In this document: positions 13,236 to 28,987 of the stretch, in pieces
Numbering within the stretch: the first letter of the stretch is position 1
Layout: each line of letters starts with the position of its first letter
From: the human T2T-CHM13v2.0 reference genome, Homo sapiens
Assembly (NCBI RefSeq): GCF_009914755.1
Contig: NC_060927.1
Direction: 5' to 3' (one strand)
Length of the DNA: 64,000 nt
Translations under genes and position numbers: made by a program
The notes under the pieces: model-generated
The model's input: only the letters and a program-made list of their open reading frames with translations
The model's database searches: none
What the model was told of the DNA's origin: nothing

Positions 13236-13789
13236 TACAAACCAAAGAAAATGACTGAGGCAAGTCTCAATCAATTTAGAGGTTTATTTTGCTAAAATTG
13301 AGGATGTGCCTGGAAAAAAGTGACACAAGCCACAGTAGTATCTGGGGCTCACGCTTTTTACCAAGAGGATTTTCAGGACTTCAATATTTAAAGGGTAAAG
13401 ATCCGGCAGGAGGGAAAAAGGGAAAGGGAAAAAAAGGGAGGGTGGGTTGTGAGATAAGTGGTCACATTCCTGTGAGGCTTTGATTAGCACTCACTGAATC
13501 AACATGTTACATGTGAAAGGAGTGAGTAGAAGAACAGTCAATTACACATTTGTCCTGGGTGGGTGGAAGGATGATTCCTTGTCTTTGTCCCAGACCTGTG
13601 AAGATAAGCTGTTAATTTACATTGTCAGGGTGAAGGAGGCCACCCAGGAAGACATGTTGCCTTCTACCTTGTAGCTGTCTGTTTAGGTACAAAAGAAAAG
13701 GCAATTTTTTGCATGACTCAGTTTCCAAGCTTAACTTTTCCCATTGGCATAGTGAATTTGGGGTCCCAAGATTTTATTTTCCTTTCACA
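13236..13789 (-). mobile_element. MER4-family ERV1 solo LTR
   Basis: Reverse strand begins TGTGAAAGGAAAATAAAATCTTGGGACCCCAAA; other end GTCTCAATCAATTTAGAGGTTTATTTTGC; ATTC at both flanks. Confidence 0.88.
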
Positions 13790-13859
13790 ATTCTACAATG
13801 CTATACCAATTAACAATAGTAAATGTCAGTTGAAGACTGTTGACTGTGGTTTGTGTAGT

Positions 13860-14052
13860 GTTTTTAAACGTGATTTTGTTTGATTCTCACAACTAGCTTA
13901 TGCAGTTGGCTAAGCTTGTATTAAGTCTTAATGCAGAGATGAGGAGCCTGAGGGTCAGTTTAGTAAGTTGTCCAAAGTCATGGAGTCAGGATGAGATGAA
14001 AGGTAGACTTCGAGTCCAGGTCTGTTGCTTTCTGGTCCAGGATTGTCCATTA
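13860..14052 (-). mobile_element. MIR
   Basis: TTGATTCTCACAAC...AGATGAGGAGCCTGAGG...TTGTCCAAAGTCA. Confidence 0.55.
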
Positions 14053-14393
14053 TGTCAGAGTCAGCAGGAGCTTAAGGGCTATCTTGGAGCAGCTGATAAA
14101 ATCCAGGCCTGAGGCAGCCTGTCTTCCTGGAGAGTCGTTTCTCAGCTGAAGCTGAGCCATTAGACAGCACTGACTTCTGGGGCAGGGGGCCTATGGCCTC
14201 TCCCAGTGTTTCAATTCTTTACATTTCAGCCTCCTGGAGCTCACTAAGCCTGTGCATAATCCTGTGTATATACCATCAGTGGACCCCCTGAACTTGGTAA
14301 TTTTATACACACAGTAGCAGAGGTTGTTCTATCTGACTTAATGAACAGGAAAAGTCTTGGCAGGTGAATGTAATGTTTCACCATACTATAGGC

Positions 14394-14545
14394 CAGTGCT
14401 TCTCAAACCTTAACTTGCATTTTAATCACCTGGAAATCTTGTTAAAATGCAGACCCTGGTTCAATATGTCCAGGGTGGGGCCTGAGATTCTTCATTTTAA
14501 GCAAGTGCCCAGGTGATGCCAATACTGTCGGCTCATGGACCAGTT
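14394..14545. mobile_element. MER5-family MITE
   Basis: CAGTGCTTCTCAAAC...AATCACCTGGAAATCTTGTTAAAATGCAG...GGGTGGGGCCTGAGATTC. Confidence 0.85.
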
Positions 14546-15622
14546 TCCCACTCTCCCAGGGTCAGAAACGCACAATCTTTCACAAAGGGAACTCAAGATT
14601 GGCCCTTGCTTTAAAGGCTAAGTGGAGCCAATGATCTGAAAGAAACAGGTCATAACTACAGTGTAGTTACACTTTCTCATCTCTTCCACCACTTCCTAAC
14701 TTCCACCTTTTCCAAGGAAGAAAAGAAAGAAGGAGGGTGGCAAAGAAGGGAGAAAGGAATAAAAGAACGAGAAGGAAGGAAAAAATAATACCAGATAGGC
14801 AATATAGTATGTGGTCAGAACCAAGCTATAGCTGTATATGATGCTAATAGCATGTGTCCAACACTGGTTTGGAACCTCTCTTATTTAGCAGGGTCAGCAT
14901 CATCCATTTTGTGAAAGAGGACAGGAAACCATATACATGAAATTGCTGCAGACTGGCAATGAGAGTAAAGGCAGCCCTTAGGGTTAGAAGTCCAGAAGAA
15001 AGCCTTGTGATCTGGTTAAACCAGCTGCATTGAGCAGGCTGTGGCTGGGTATTTATACAACCAAGAGCCCCTTGCTGCAGTCTCTGTGGTACTGATTTAC
15101 TCCTTGATGGTGTCTGTACTGTAGAATATGGCTTCATTTTCTGGCTTCTCAGGCTAGTGGAGGGGGTGGGTGGAAACAGATGCTTTTGAAGTGATTTCCC
15201 TGCGAAATCATTCAGATTGCTTGTTCCTAAGGGGCATAAAATATTTTCTGAGTTTTCACTGTATAGTTTCCCTAAGCAATAGAAGAAGAGGGCAGAGAAT
15301 GAAGGCAGGAAACAGCTTTAGTTAGTAATACATACTGGGTGGGGGAGGGGTACTTTTTCCTACAAGGCAAGCTCTCTAAATATGAGGAGAAGACATAAGA
15401 AAATCAGGGTCTGCTCGCAGAGGAAAAACTGTCGATGCAGTGGTGGAATATCCATGTGAATGGAATACTTAAAACAGGCATGGCCAAAGCCCCATGAGGT
15501 ATTCTGTGCACTACAGGGCAGTTGTCAGTCATCCACTGCTTCCTGTCTCCATCCTGGTATCAGAGTGGTGGTACTGGGCTAGGTGGGATAAATGCTGACA
15601 GCCACTGTCCATGTTCTCAGCG

Positions 15623-15624
<2 letters not shown>

Positions 15625-15680
<56 letters not shown>
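15625..15680. repeat. (GT)28 microsatellite
   Basis: Perfect dinucleotide run. Confidence 0.98.
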
Positions 15681-15683
<3 letters not shown>

Positions 15684-16209
15684 TGGTGGGGGAAGGGCGA
15701 TGTATAAGGCTTTCCAGGAGCATGTGTCCCTGGAGACTTGGGGGAGAGCTGAGTTCAGGCCCTGGCGCCAGCCTTCCAGAGGGAAATCAGAAACATGATA
15801 ATTAGGCATCTCCTCCCTCAGGCAAATGGAGAAGAGTTTGCTTTTCCTTAATGCCAGCCTGCAGAGATGAAAACCAGAAGGAAACGGCGGGATTTGCCTG
15901 CCATCCAGCTCAGGATTCCTAAAGCCCATGGTGAGAAGGTGCTGCTCTGAGTGTCAGTCACACATGCCATGAGCTGTTGACTTGAGCATCCTGGTCTCTT
16001 TTTCATGAAACTTTTCTGACCCACTTATTTGAATGATTTATCACAAATAAATCATATTTGATTCTTAAACATTGAAAACTGTTGCTTTCTGAGAAGATGG
16101 CACAGCATAAGACAGGGAGATATACAGAATAGGGATGTGTAATTTTACTTAAAGGAAATCTCCATGGGACTGGAAATAGCTTAAAGCTTAAAATAGCCTA
16201 TTTTGCAAG

Positions 16210-16400
16210 AGCATTTGCAGTTTTTTAATTGATTTGCATTTGTAATTCTATTGAGTTCTACAACAGGCCTTGAGGCAGGCATTGTGATGGCCATTTCACA
16301 GATGACAAGACAGATTCTGAAAGACCTTGACTTGTCCAAGGTCAGATGATTAGTAAGTGGCAGATTTGAAACTCAATAAACCGTGTTCTGCTGCCTTCCA
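16210..16400 (-). mobile_element. MIR
   Basis: CCATTTCACAGATGA...GACTTGTCCAAGGTCA...AGTAAGTGGCAGA. Confidence 0.65.
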
Positions 16401-16749
16401 CTGTGCTGTGACAGCTATCTAAAATTCTATATTATTTTCCAGATGGCAACCTTACCTGCTTCAGGGATCTATTTTACTATTTCCTGTAGAACATAGACTT
16501 TCATCCTCTTTGCAATTCTTGGCAGTATTCTTACTTAGCATTTCACTTGATATATTAAAGACCAACATTTCCCCTAGTTGATGATAAGAGAGTGACGGAG
16601 AAACAGGTTGTCCTACCTGTCCTCCTACCCACTGTGATTTTAGAGGAAGAGCAGGGTGTCTGCTTTGCACCATTGTTGCAGAGGTGATGTTAGATACCAG
16701 CTTTCACCACATTCTGGTAGAAAGCAAGTGGGAGATGGTAGAGAGGAGT

Positions 16750-16940
16750 AGGTATTGATGTAGGCTTTGGATTCAGACCTCAGTATGAGTGCCAGCCTTG
16801 CCACTGCTTATTTAATCTTTTGAGGCCTCAATTTACCCATTTCTGAAACAGGGGTAGCAATGCCTCTCTGTAAGGGTTAAGGTAAAGAATACATGTGAGG
16901 GGGGTCAGTAGAGTAAATGGTCCCAGAATGTTAGTGCCTG
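16750..16940 (+). mobile_element. MIR
   Basis: GGCTTTGGATTCAGAC...GCCTCAATTTACCCATTTCTGAAACAGGG. Confidence 0.55.
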
Positions 16941-17765
16941 CTATTTTTAGGTGCATAGATTTTGCAGTGGAACCCTTGAAAAGAGATTGCCTTTGAAAGA
17001 CTTGCAAAAATTCAAAATAATTTTGATGCAATTCAACTGAAAGGCCTTTACTTTCAGCTCTGTGATTCTCTGAGTCTAGGAAATACTGCTAAAATGTAAG
17101 CCTCTTAAGAGCTAAAGCTATGTCTCATGGACCTTTGTATTCCTCACAGTTGCCAAACACAGAGCCTTATGTTGAAAACGTACTCAGTGAATTCCAGTTT
17201 AGTAGGGTGGGATGGATATAGGGAGTGAGTGTGTATGAAGGATGAGAAGATGGGGGTAAAGCTAAAGGCAAAGCTATTAAGGACCCAAAGACCTTGAATT
17301 ATTGTGGTCCTCTTCTTTCTCCTGTACTTTTACCAGAGTACATTGTCAACAGAGTACATTGTCCACTCTCATGTTTATTGTCTTCGGTACAATAAACTCT
17401 GCTTTACTAAAGATGTGAGTGTCTAGATTCACAAATAAAGGGATAACCTAAACAGACTGAACTTCCAACTTTTTCAGCTTTGCAGATTATATAAAGATTA
17501 AACATTTCTGAATACACTGCTCTGCTATTCTTGGTTTACATCTTTTTCTTCTTGAGTATTCACAGAGCCTACATTCTCACCCATCTTGTCCTTCTTTTCT
17601 CAGTAGACCATCCTGGGCTTTCTGGGGTTCCATGGCCATGGCCATGATCATGAAAAGCTTCACCTTTCACCCAGCAGTGGTCTTTAGCTTCAATTGAACT
17701 CTCCCTCTCAAGTCCCTCCTAAAAGACTCCTCTTTTATGAACTGTCTTTTGAAATCCCCACTTCT

Positions 17766-18006
<241 letters not shown>

Positions 18007-18319
18007 GAAATCCCCAGTTCTGAACTGGAGAAAGCAGAAAGCAGAGAGGCCCTGCAAGGAATTGAGATCAAGAGACTTCTTTAGATTAGCTTACTTTGGG
18101 ATGGATGATCAGTAAAAGGATCAGGGTCTTTCTGATGGGCAGAGCTGTCTATATGCATTGGTGGAGAAAGGAAACTATGACTAGGTGTGACATGAAGGTC
18201 ATTGACAGCCCCATTTAAACACAAATGGCTCTCCTGTTAGGGTGTTGAAAGTGCTCTGTGGTTGTTCTGTATTATGTTTAGGACTTAGTCCTGCATTAGA
18301 GATGCACAATCAGAGTGAA

Positions 18320-18527
18320 CCAGATAGGTCCAGTATCATATTCTAGCTTTGTCCATTACCGGATCTAGGACCTTAGGAAGATTGCTTCAGTTTCCTCATC
18401 CTGAAAAATTGCAAATAATATATCCCTTGTATGACTGTGGTAAGGAATACAAATAATGAATATAAACTGCTTCATGGAGCCTGCTGTGCAGCAGAGGCAC
18501 AGTAAGTAGGAACTATTTATTATTATA
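18320..18527 (+). mobile_element. MIR
   Basis: CTTCAGTTTCCTCATC core and TATTATTA end. Confidence 0.6.
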
Positions 18528-20449
18528 GTATTCAAAGGCTATTCTTCCATAAACCACTCACAAAAATATGAATATACCTCCTGGGAGGAGAAATATCTTT
18601 TGTTTGTCAGTTTAACTAGTTTTACCTTGAAAACCACTTAGTGAGGTTCCAAGGAATGGAAAAAAGAAAGAAGGATGGGGGAAGTGGCCTAGAAAAATGG
18701 ACAGGTATAGCAGGAGGGTTGAATGGAGGTGGATACCTGTGTTGGGTAGTCAGAGGACATTAGAGGAGCCTTGAGAGCATGAGAAGGACAAGTGACCAAA
18801 CTGGAAGGCGGTGTTGCCCACAGGTTGCCTGGAAAAAGATACCTATTGCTAAGATTGGACTAGTTGTACCCATGATCATTGTGCCAGGTCGCCAAAGTAT
18901 GAGAATGCCCTTCATCATTGCAGCAGCCCATGAAGGCTTCCAAATAATTCTGTTCTCTGCTCCCTCCAGCTACAGCAGAAGGGAGCTAGGTCAGAGACAA
19001 CTTGAACATTTCATAAAACATTGTTATGAAGACAAAATGAAAACCAGGCAACAAGTGTATTCTCTTAGCTTGTCTGTTGGCCAATTGTTTGCTTGTGGCG
19101 GAATGACTTTTGAAGAATTGATCTAGAGGTGGAATCCACAATCTTCTTTCTCATTTCATCCAGATTGAGTCTGCTATTCTGTGTTTTATTTATAGAATAG
19201 TCAGGCTCCTTTCTTCCTTGAAGCCTACCTGGTACCTAGGGCACTAAGATTGTTAGGAGGCTTTTGTGTGCTAATTCAAGGCTGATGGAAGTGAATTTTT
19301 TTTTTTATCATAATGATGGGAAGAAAATACATTTTGCTGAAAAGGTTGACCTTCTACTGATGTATGATTGGATTTTATGAGCTATACTCTGAGTCTAGGC
19401 TGCTAGAAGCCCTGTGTCCCTTATCTACCTACGTATCCATGCCCTGAAGTTTCCATCCAGATGCCATAAAAAAAAATCCCTGGAATTGGCCTTGAGTAAA
19501 GAACTAGATGATTTGTTGGTTGTATGGAGCATTCATCATGGAGGCTGGGAGTGGCAACAATTGTATACCTTCATAAGTCAAAACAAAAAAACTGTTGCAT
19601 AGTTTGGAGTTTGCTGGGCCTAGTGAGCAATTTGTGGGTAAATTTTCTGTTCTATAATTCTTGTTATTATAAGAAGAAACAAGTTTCTTCTTGAGTTGTA
19701 CCCACAAGCAGATTTATTTGTCTCCTATGCATTTTTTAACGAAGTGAAAAATTTAAAGAACGTTTTAAAGAACACCTGCCATGTTGCATCAAGGGTCTTT
19801 GATGCCTTTTAAAAAATAATCTCAAAAAAACAAAAAAACAAAAACTCAATTTCAGAAAAACCTGAAGCAAAGGAACAGCCGAGGGAATGCAGCAGCCATC
19901 TGGAAATCCTGACCAAAGTAGGAGATATGCCCAGTTGTAGTACAGTAAGTGTGAAATCTTTTTTTCTTACTTGGCCTGTGATGTTGATTTAATTACATTT
20001 TTAAAAAGAGGAAAAAAAGTGCTTTAAGAAGCAACATTCTCCACTTGTAATTGAGGGAAACGGGCTATTTTAAGGAAGCATCTGATCAAGGCGGTTCATA
20101 GAGGTAACCTGGTCCACTGGAGGGAAACAAACAGAATCACCATGGGTATAAATGGAAGCACTAGGATTCTACTAATAATTTTATTATTTTTTGAGCTGTT
20201 CCAGGCATTGCTATGTTTAATTTTTGCACAAAGTATCAAGTAGGTTCCTATTATTTAGATGAAAAGGAAAAGATTAAATATATCAAGTATCAACTTAGGT
20301 TTTAAAAACTGATCAATGGGAGGGCTCATATTTAAACCCAAAGCCTATTCTCATTTCACAAAATAACACTTCCTTCTTTCTTGCTTATTCTTTATTCTAC
20401 CATAATGAATAAATGTTTTCTTATTAACCATGTATTCCAATTATTTATT

Positions 20450-20622
20450 CAACATTCATTTAACTAACATTTGATGAAAACCTCCTATTTTCCAGGAATT
20501 ATAGGAGATACAACAATTAATAAGGCAAAGTCCCTATTCTTGAGAAGCTTACAGTCCATTTGCAATACAATTGCAATAATTACAGTAGAAGGCAGAATGT
20601 AGAATGTGCCAAAAGAGAAGTA
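20450..20622 (-). mobile_element. L2 3' end fragment
   Basis: CATTCATTTAACTAACATTT...GTCCCTATTCTTGAGAAGCTTACAGTC. Confidence 0.55.
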
Positions 20623-20950
20623 TGTATCTTTGCTTCCCCATTTCTCATTCTCACAGATAATCAATAATTAATCCTACTTTGTATTTTGCTCATACCTGTC
20701 TTCCAAGGAAACCAAATGCTTTGCATATATTATCTTGTCAACACTCCCAATAGTAGAACAGCATCATATCTGAGTTCCAAAAACGTATCAGCTTGTAAAA
20801 CCATGTGCAGCCAATCTCATATTTTCTCATGTCATAGCAGTGACACAATATATGGCAATCAGCATTGATGATCTGAAGTACACAGCACCTGCACTGGGGT
20901 CACACACCTCAGTTTTATTTAGATCTTCATGGGCACATAGCCCAATGTTT

Positions 20951-20952
<2 letters not shown>

Positions 20953-20988
<36 letters not shown>
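20953..20988. repeat. (TG)18 microsatellite
   Basis: Perfect run. Confidence 0.97.
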
Positions 20989-20993
<5 letters not shown>

Positions 20994-21169
20994 ATGATGA
21001 TTTTTATATATCTATGATGGATTAAGAAGCTAGTCAGAGGGGCAGCAGTGAAAGTTGGGATGGGAAGGGAGGTGGAGAATGAAGCAATTTAATTACATTT
21101 GGCCAGCCATAGAAGACAAATGCTAAAAGGAAGTTATGGCAATATTGAAATGCTGAGTTGTAATGAAGC

Positions 21170-21430
21170 CTACCTTTTATGGAAGACTGACTATGTGCCA
21201 AGCATGGTGCAGAGTGCCTTACTTTCATGATCTAATTTAAGTGCCCTCCCAGCTTAGGAAGATGGCACTTACTTTTGGGTGAGCACTGTTACTATTTCCA
21301 TTTCTTTCCAGGTGAAGAAACTGGGATTCAGACTGGCTAAGTAATTTGGCTTAGGCTGGTAGATAGACTGAAGTGAGCTGGAGTTTGGCCATAAATCTGC
21401 TTCTTTAAACTCAGGTCCTTAATGACTATG
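21170..21430 (-). mobile_element. MIR
   Basis: ACTATGTGCCAAGCATGGTGC...CAGGTGAAGAAACTGGGATTCAGA. Confidence 0.65.
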
Positions 21431-21570
21431 TCATTTCCCTTTCCAAGACTGGGAGAACCAAGAGAAACTGTATGTAGATAGACGCTAGGTATCTGAGGAG
21501 ACTGTGGGCAAGAACCAGGGAAGGAAGACAGGAATTGGGAAGCACTTGGGTTTAAGATGGAGACGTGAAC

Positions 21571-22399
<829 letters not shown>

Positions 22400-22579
22400 A
22401 AGCAGAAGCCAGACTGGATATCAGAATAACAGACTTAAGACACTAACCATGCATGAAAAATGCACCTTAAAATCAGTTTTTGTTTTCTGCCTTATAAGAC
22501 TTTCCACTGGGCCAGAATCTAGGAACCAAGCCAACCGAAGATCTACACCATTATAGATCACAGAATCCTGCTGTCTCAC

Positions 22580-23335
<756 letters not shown>

Positions 23336-23922
23336 CCTAGATTTAAAAGAGAACATGGCATTTAACTTGGACATTTGTACCTAAGGAGTGCTTCCAACAT
23401 GTTTATGAATTTTTTAAAAATCAGGAGAATCCAGGAAATTGGTACAATTAGCATCTGCAGAGATACTGCTGAGCTTGGATGTTATATGCAAAACCTCACA
23501 TGAAGGTTGAAAGGCAAACATCCACCTTTTTCTTCCACATTTTCATCAGATTGTAAGAGCTGTGTGAGTGATATTTTGAAAAGACCTGGCTTCATGCATG
23601 GCTGTCATTTATTGAGCATAAGTCCTATGCCAGATACCATGCAAGGTAGTTTACATGGATTAGTTCCAGTTCTGAGACTTGACACAATAGAACTTGCCCA
23701 GGGGCCCAAAGCTTGTAGAAGGCAGGAATGGGATCAGAACCCTTACCAAATGTTCTAGCAGATTTTGGGGGAGATTTCAGAGTATGTTCTTTACCACCAT
23801 TTTGTTGAGGTGTGATAATTGGTACTTGGCCACAAACCCATCTAATTTTTACCTATGTCTGGGATATAGATGAACAGGTGAAATTCTATTCAATGCTGTC
23901 CCAGAGGTTTTTGTCTCTAGGA

Positions 23923-24493
<571 letters not shown>

Positions 24494-24547
24494 TAGAGCT
24501 CAATGCTAGGGGATAAAATTTGGAAGTTGTGGGATAAAAATTGGAGG

Positions 24548-24659
24548 TTGGGTGATCAATTGTATTGGTTTTGTCCAGTACTGGAAGCGTTCCCAGGGTG
24601 TGGGATTTTCAGTTTCAAAAGTGGGACAGTCCTGAGCTAATCAGGATGAGTTGATTATT

Positions 24660-24660
<1 letters not shown>
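24548..24660. mobile_element. MER81/MER94-like hAT-Blackjack MITE
   Basis: GGGTGATCAA start and GGGACAGTCC...GGATGAGTTG; about 110 bp. Confidence 0.5.
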
Positions 24661-25434
<774 letters not shown>

Positions 25435-26369
25435 GTTACCAAAACTGCCTATTACAGTTACCATGTGGGACTTCTTGTACTAAAACTAGCAAAGTTCTGG
25501 GTAAAACAGAGACAAGTTGGTTCCTTAATTGAGGTGGAAATGTACAGAGAAGAGCAGTATTGCTGTGGTGGAGGCCACATCCTGCAGTAGTGAAAGAGAC
25601 TCTGGAAACAAGGTTCAGAACTGGGCATAAGTCAAAGGGAGGCAAACGTGTCTTCTTGAGTTGTCCATTTAGTGATTTTGTGTAACCTGATTCAAACTTT
25701 CTGTTTTTCATGCTATAAAATGATCTACTATTTGTAGACCTTCTTTTTGTGATTAGTATAACCATGCTAATTTATTATTAGTCACTAACTGTGGATAATT
25801 CACTGTTGCTTATAATATACTACATTAATGAATGCTACCATTGGCTTATCAAGTTCTGATGCTAGCAAAAGCAAATCACAGCTTTAATTGTCTGAATCTG
25901 GCTCTGTCTGTGTGATCAGCATGTGATCAGGGTCTTGCTGAGTGTAAAGAGAACTGGTGAAGCACATTCACAGGAATCCAGGCTGCAATAGTAGCTCTTG
26001 CAGGGAAGTAATGTTCCGTGAGTATTTTATTATATATAGTATATATTAAGGATTTGTTTTTCCTGTGTAAATACCTGGCTATCTCTAGTTTTAACATCTT
26101 TTCAGATGAAGTGCCCCAGAACAAAATGCCTCCTCCTATAAAAAAAAAAGACAGGAATGGTTACACACAGAAAGTATTGATCATGTAGCTAAATTTTTGT
26201 GAATGTAATATAAACATGGATATACGAAACCAGTGAAATCCTTCTTATGACCAGGAGCCTGGAAATCAAAGTTGAGTGAGGGCTTTGCCCACGTGAGGTT
26301 AGAAATGCTGTTTTCCATTATGACAAAGCAGCTTCCCCATAAAGAAGAGAGCCCAGTCCTTGAAATGAA

Positions 26370-26578
26370 AACAGGCATGACAGGATTCAAATCCCAAATC
26401 CACTCCTTACTAACTGTGTAACCCAGGAATATTTCTTATTTTTTAGAGCCTTATTTTCCCCTCTTTTAAAAACAGTATAATACCTTGTTTTTGTTGTGAA
26501 CATTAAATAATAACATATATTAAGTACCAAGTTCCTGGTATAGAGTTGGCACAAGTAAACGGCAGTTGTTAACATTAT
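26370..26578 (+). mobile_element. MIR
   Basis: GGATTCAAATCCC...CTTACTAACTGTGTAACC...GTTGTGAACATTAAAT. Confidence 0.65.
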
Positions 26579-26664
26579 GGGTTCATTTTTCAAATATATC
26601 TCCAATAATAAGGGTACGTCAAGGTGCGTTAGCACAGTAGTAGCTATTTCCACTCCTTGAAAGG

Positions 26665-27165
26665 CCATTCATTCAACAACTTTTATATTTTGTGTCATCT
26701 GAAACTGAAAGTATTAACAATTAAGAAACAAGTAATTCTCATCCTCCAGGAGCTTCCTGGAGAGATGACACTCACTTGAACTGGAGGAATCAGTGAGTGA
26801 CATTTGGAGGAGCACAGTGCATACCACACTTTGACAGCAGCATGAGTTGAGCTAAAGCACAGAGGTGAGATGCAGTCTGGCCTGTGTTGGGAATTAAATG
26901 TGGTTTGGTACTGCTGCAATATATCAGAAAGGAAGTAGTCAGAATTGAGGCTGAAATACCAGCTGTAGCATGAAAGACCTATCTCATGGTGGAGAACGTG
27001 GACATTATCTGTGCATGATGGGAATTCACTGATGGTTTTTAAGTAGGGAGTGAAGTGATCTAATTAAGATTTTAAAAATATCACTACAGCTACCTTATGA
27101 AGAATGGGTTGATGGGAAGCAAGAGTGAAATTGGGGCTGCCATTTAGAGGGCCTTCTCAGTAATG
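26665..27165 (-). mobile_element. L2 remnant
   Basis: CATTCATTCAACAA terminus; TTTTAAGTAGGGAGTGA...ATCACTACAGCT. Confidence 0.55.
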
Positions 27166-27169
27166 GTAT

Positions 27170-27530
27170 CTACATGCAATCAAAACCAACTGAAGTAACT
27201 CATGAGACTTTAATTAAATAACCACTTACAAAGTAAGTGTGAGCAGGGTAAAGGGAACCATCAAGACTGCTAACACAACTGGAAAAGAGCAACAGTGGGA
27301 ATTGTTACCAATCCCAGGCAAGAAGGGTTAAGGGGAGGAAATAGTGAAAGCCGGGGCCAGAAAGAAAGAGCTCCCTGATGCTGTATCCTTTCTTAAGTCA
27401 GGTTCTCCAGAAGCAAACTGAGAGAATGATTCATGGGCAAGTGGTTTGTTTAGGAAATGTCCCCAGGAGAAACTTGTAAAGACGTAGGGGAAACAGGGAA
27501 AGGAAAGAAGCCATGAGTGAGTACCACTGC
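27170..27530 (-). mobile_element. Old ERVL-type LTR fragments (LTR33-like, then LTR16/LTR67-like)
   Basis: GAGCAGGGTAAAGGGAACCA..AACAGTGGGAA..GTTACCA; TCTTAAGTCAGGTTCTCCAGAAGCA. Confidence 0.45.
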
Positions 27531-27554
27531 ATCAGTGCCTGGTGAAAGGAAGGT

Positions 27555-27745
27555 GCTGTGCAATGAGCTAGGTTTTACTGGGAGTCAGAAGCCCTAGAGC
27601 CGGGTCCTGTTCCACCTAAGTCACCCAAACTCCCGGGGTTTCAGTTTGATCATCTATAAAATGTGGAAAATACACTTTTACAGAACCATTGTGGGGATGA
27701 AATAAGGAGATATGAGGGGTTTTTAAGGTATTATGCCAATGTAAG
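27555..27745 (+). mobile_element. MIR
   Basis: GGAGTCAGAAG...TTCAGTTTGATCATCTATAAAATG. Confidence 0.55.
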
Positions 27746-28045
27746 GTTCTAGGATATTAGGAAAACTGTAAACTTTTGAACCTGACTGGTCTGGGGAATG
27801 AGTGCAGAACTAGGGCCATGCATGAAGGCTGGCCGTAGGCCCTCTGGACCCCATGTGTGTGCTCTTAGCCTGCAGTCAGGCAGTCTTTGAATTAATTCCT
27901 GAATACTAATGGCTGTATTTTTATGGTGAAAAAACAGACTTGCTAAATGAAGTTTTAATTTTGTATGATGATAAGAATAATGTAGAGAAATTTTGTAAAA
28001 TATGTTCACCTTTTAAATGAGGCATCGCAGCTAAGTGATGAAGGC

Positions 28046-28477
28046 TGTTAAAAGAAAAATTTCAGCCAAATTAAATTTAAAGGGGTTTAATTGAGCAATG
28101 AACGATTTGCGAATTGGGCAGCTCCCATGATCACAGCAGATTCAGAGAGACTCCAGGGATGCCTTGTGGTCTGAAGAAATTTATAGACAAAAAAACGGAA
28201 GTGACATATAGAAATCAGAAGTGAGGTACAGAAACAACTGGATTGGTTACAGCTTGGCGTTTGCCTTATTTGAACACAATTTGAACACTCGGTAGTATCT
28301 AAGTGGTTCAAGTACAACTTCTGGGATTGGCCAAGACTTGGTTATTGTTACAGGGGCATATTTCTAAGTTAGGTTTTCAATCTTGTCTGCCTATTAAGTT
28401 AGGTGGCAGTTCATCCACAAGGACTCAAATATAGAAGTATGGAGTCCTTCTCAGTCCTTATTTAGTTTACTTTAACA
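28046..28477 (-). mobile_element. MER57-like ERV1 solo LTR
   Basis: TGTTAAA...TTTAACA termini; GTTTAATTGAGCAATGAACGATT, GATTGGTTACAGC and GGACTCAAATATAGAAGTATGGAG. Confidence 0.85.
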
Positions 28478-28987
28478 GTACAAATTTTTATGGCTATTGT
28501 ATTTTTAAAGGGCAAATGTATCTGATATTGAGTCATTATGATAGTATGTATGGGTTGTGCTGGTCAACCACATGGCTGTTTATCTACTGTTATTGGAAAT
28601 CTGACAGTATATCAAAATGAATAGAATCACTGCCCATTGAAATGATGTCAACATCCAATTATTGTCATGATTGCCATTTCATATTTCCCTACATTTTTCT
28701 ATAAGCATCTGGGCTACAGAGTTGTTTCTCACTTAATGATAACACTATGACACCATGAGACAGTTCAGTAGAACTTTTTGATGTGAAAGGCTCATTACCT
28801 CCTGATGCTGAGCAGAAAAGTAGCTAAGGATAGTGTCTCTCATAGCATGTGATTGCATTGTGATCAACTCACAGGTTACTTCCTTTAGTGGCAGCAGGAA
28901 ATACTGGTAACCTTGGCAACACTGGTGGCCCTTCCCATCCTCTTTTAATTGAAATGGTTGTTGCTAGGATACAGCCTAAAGCTAAAT

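Noticed and set aside
15522-15929. ORFs with CVCVCV / THTHTH tracts
   Set aside because: They are translations of the (GT)n microsatellite
17334-17363. Short tandem duplication CAGAGTACATTGTC (similar cases near 24510, 32681 and 47705)
   Set aside because: Ordinary slippage-type micro-duplications
28042-28481. TSD for the MER57-like LTR
   Set aside because: The flanks AGGC and GTAC do not match, so no TSD is claimed
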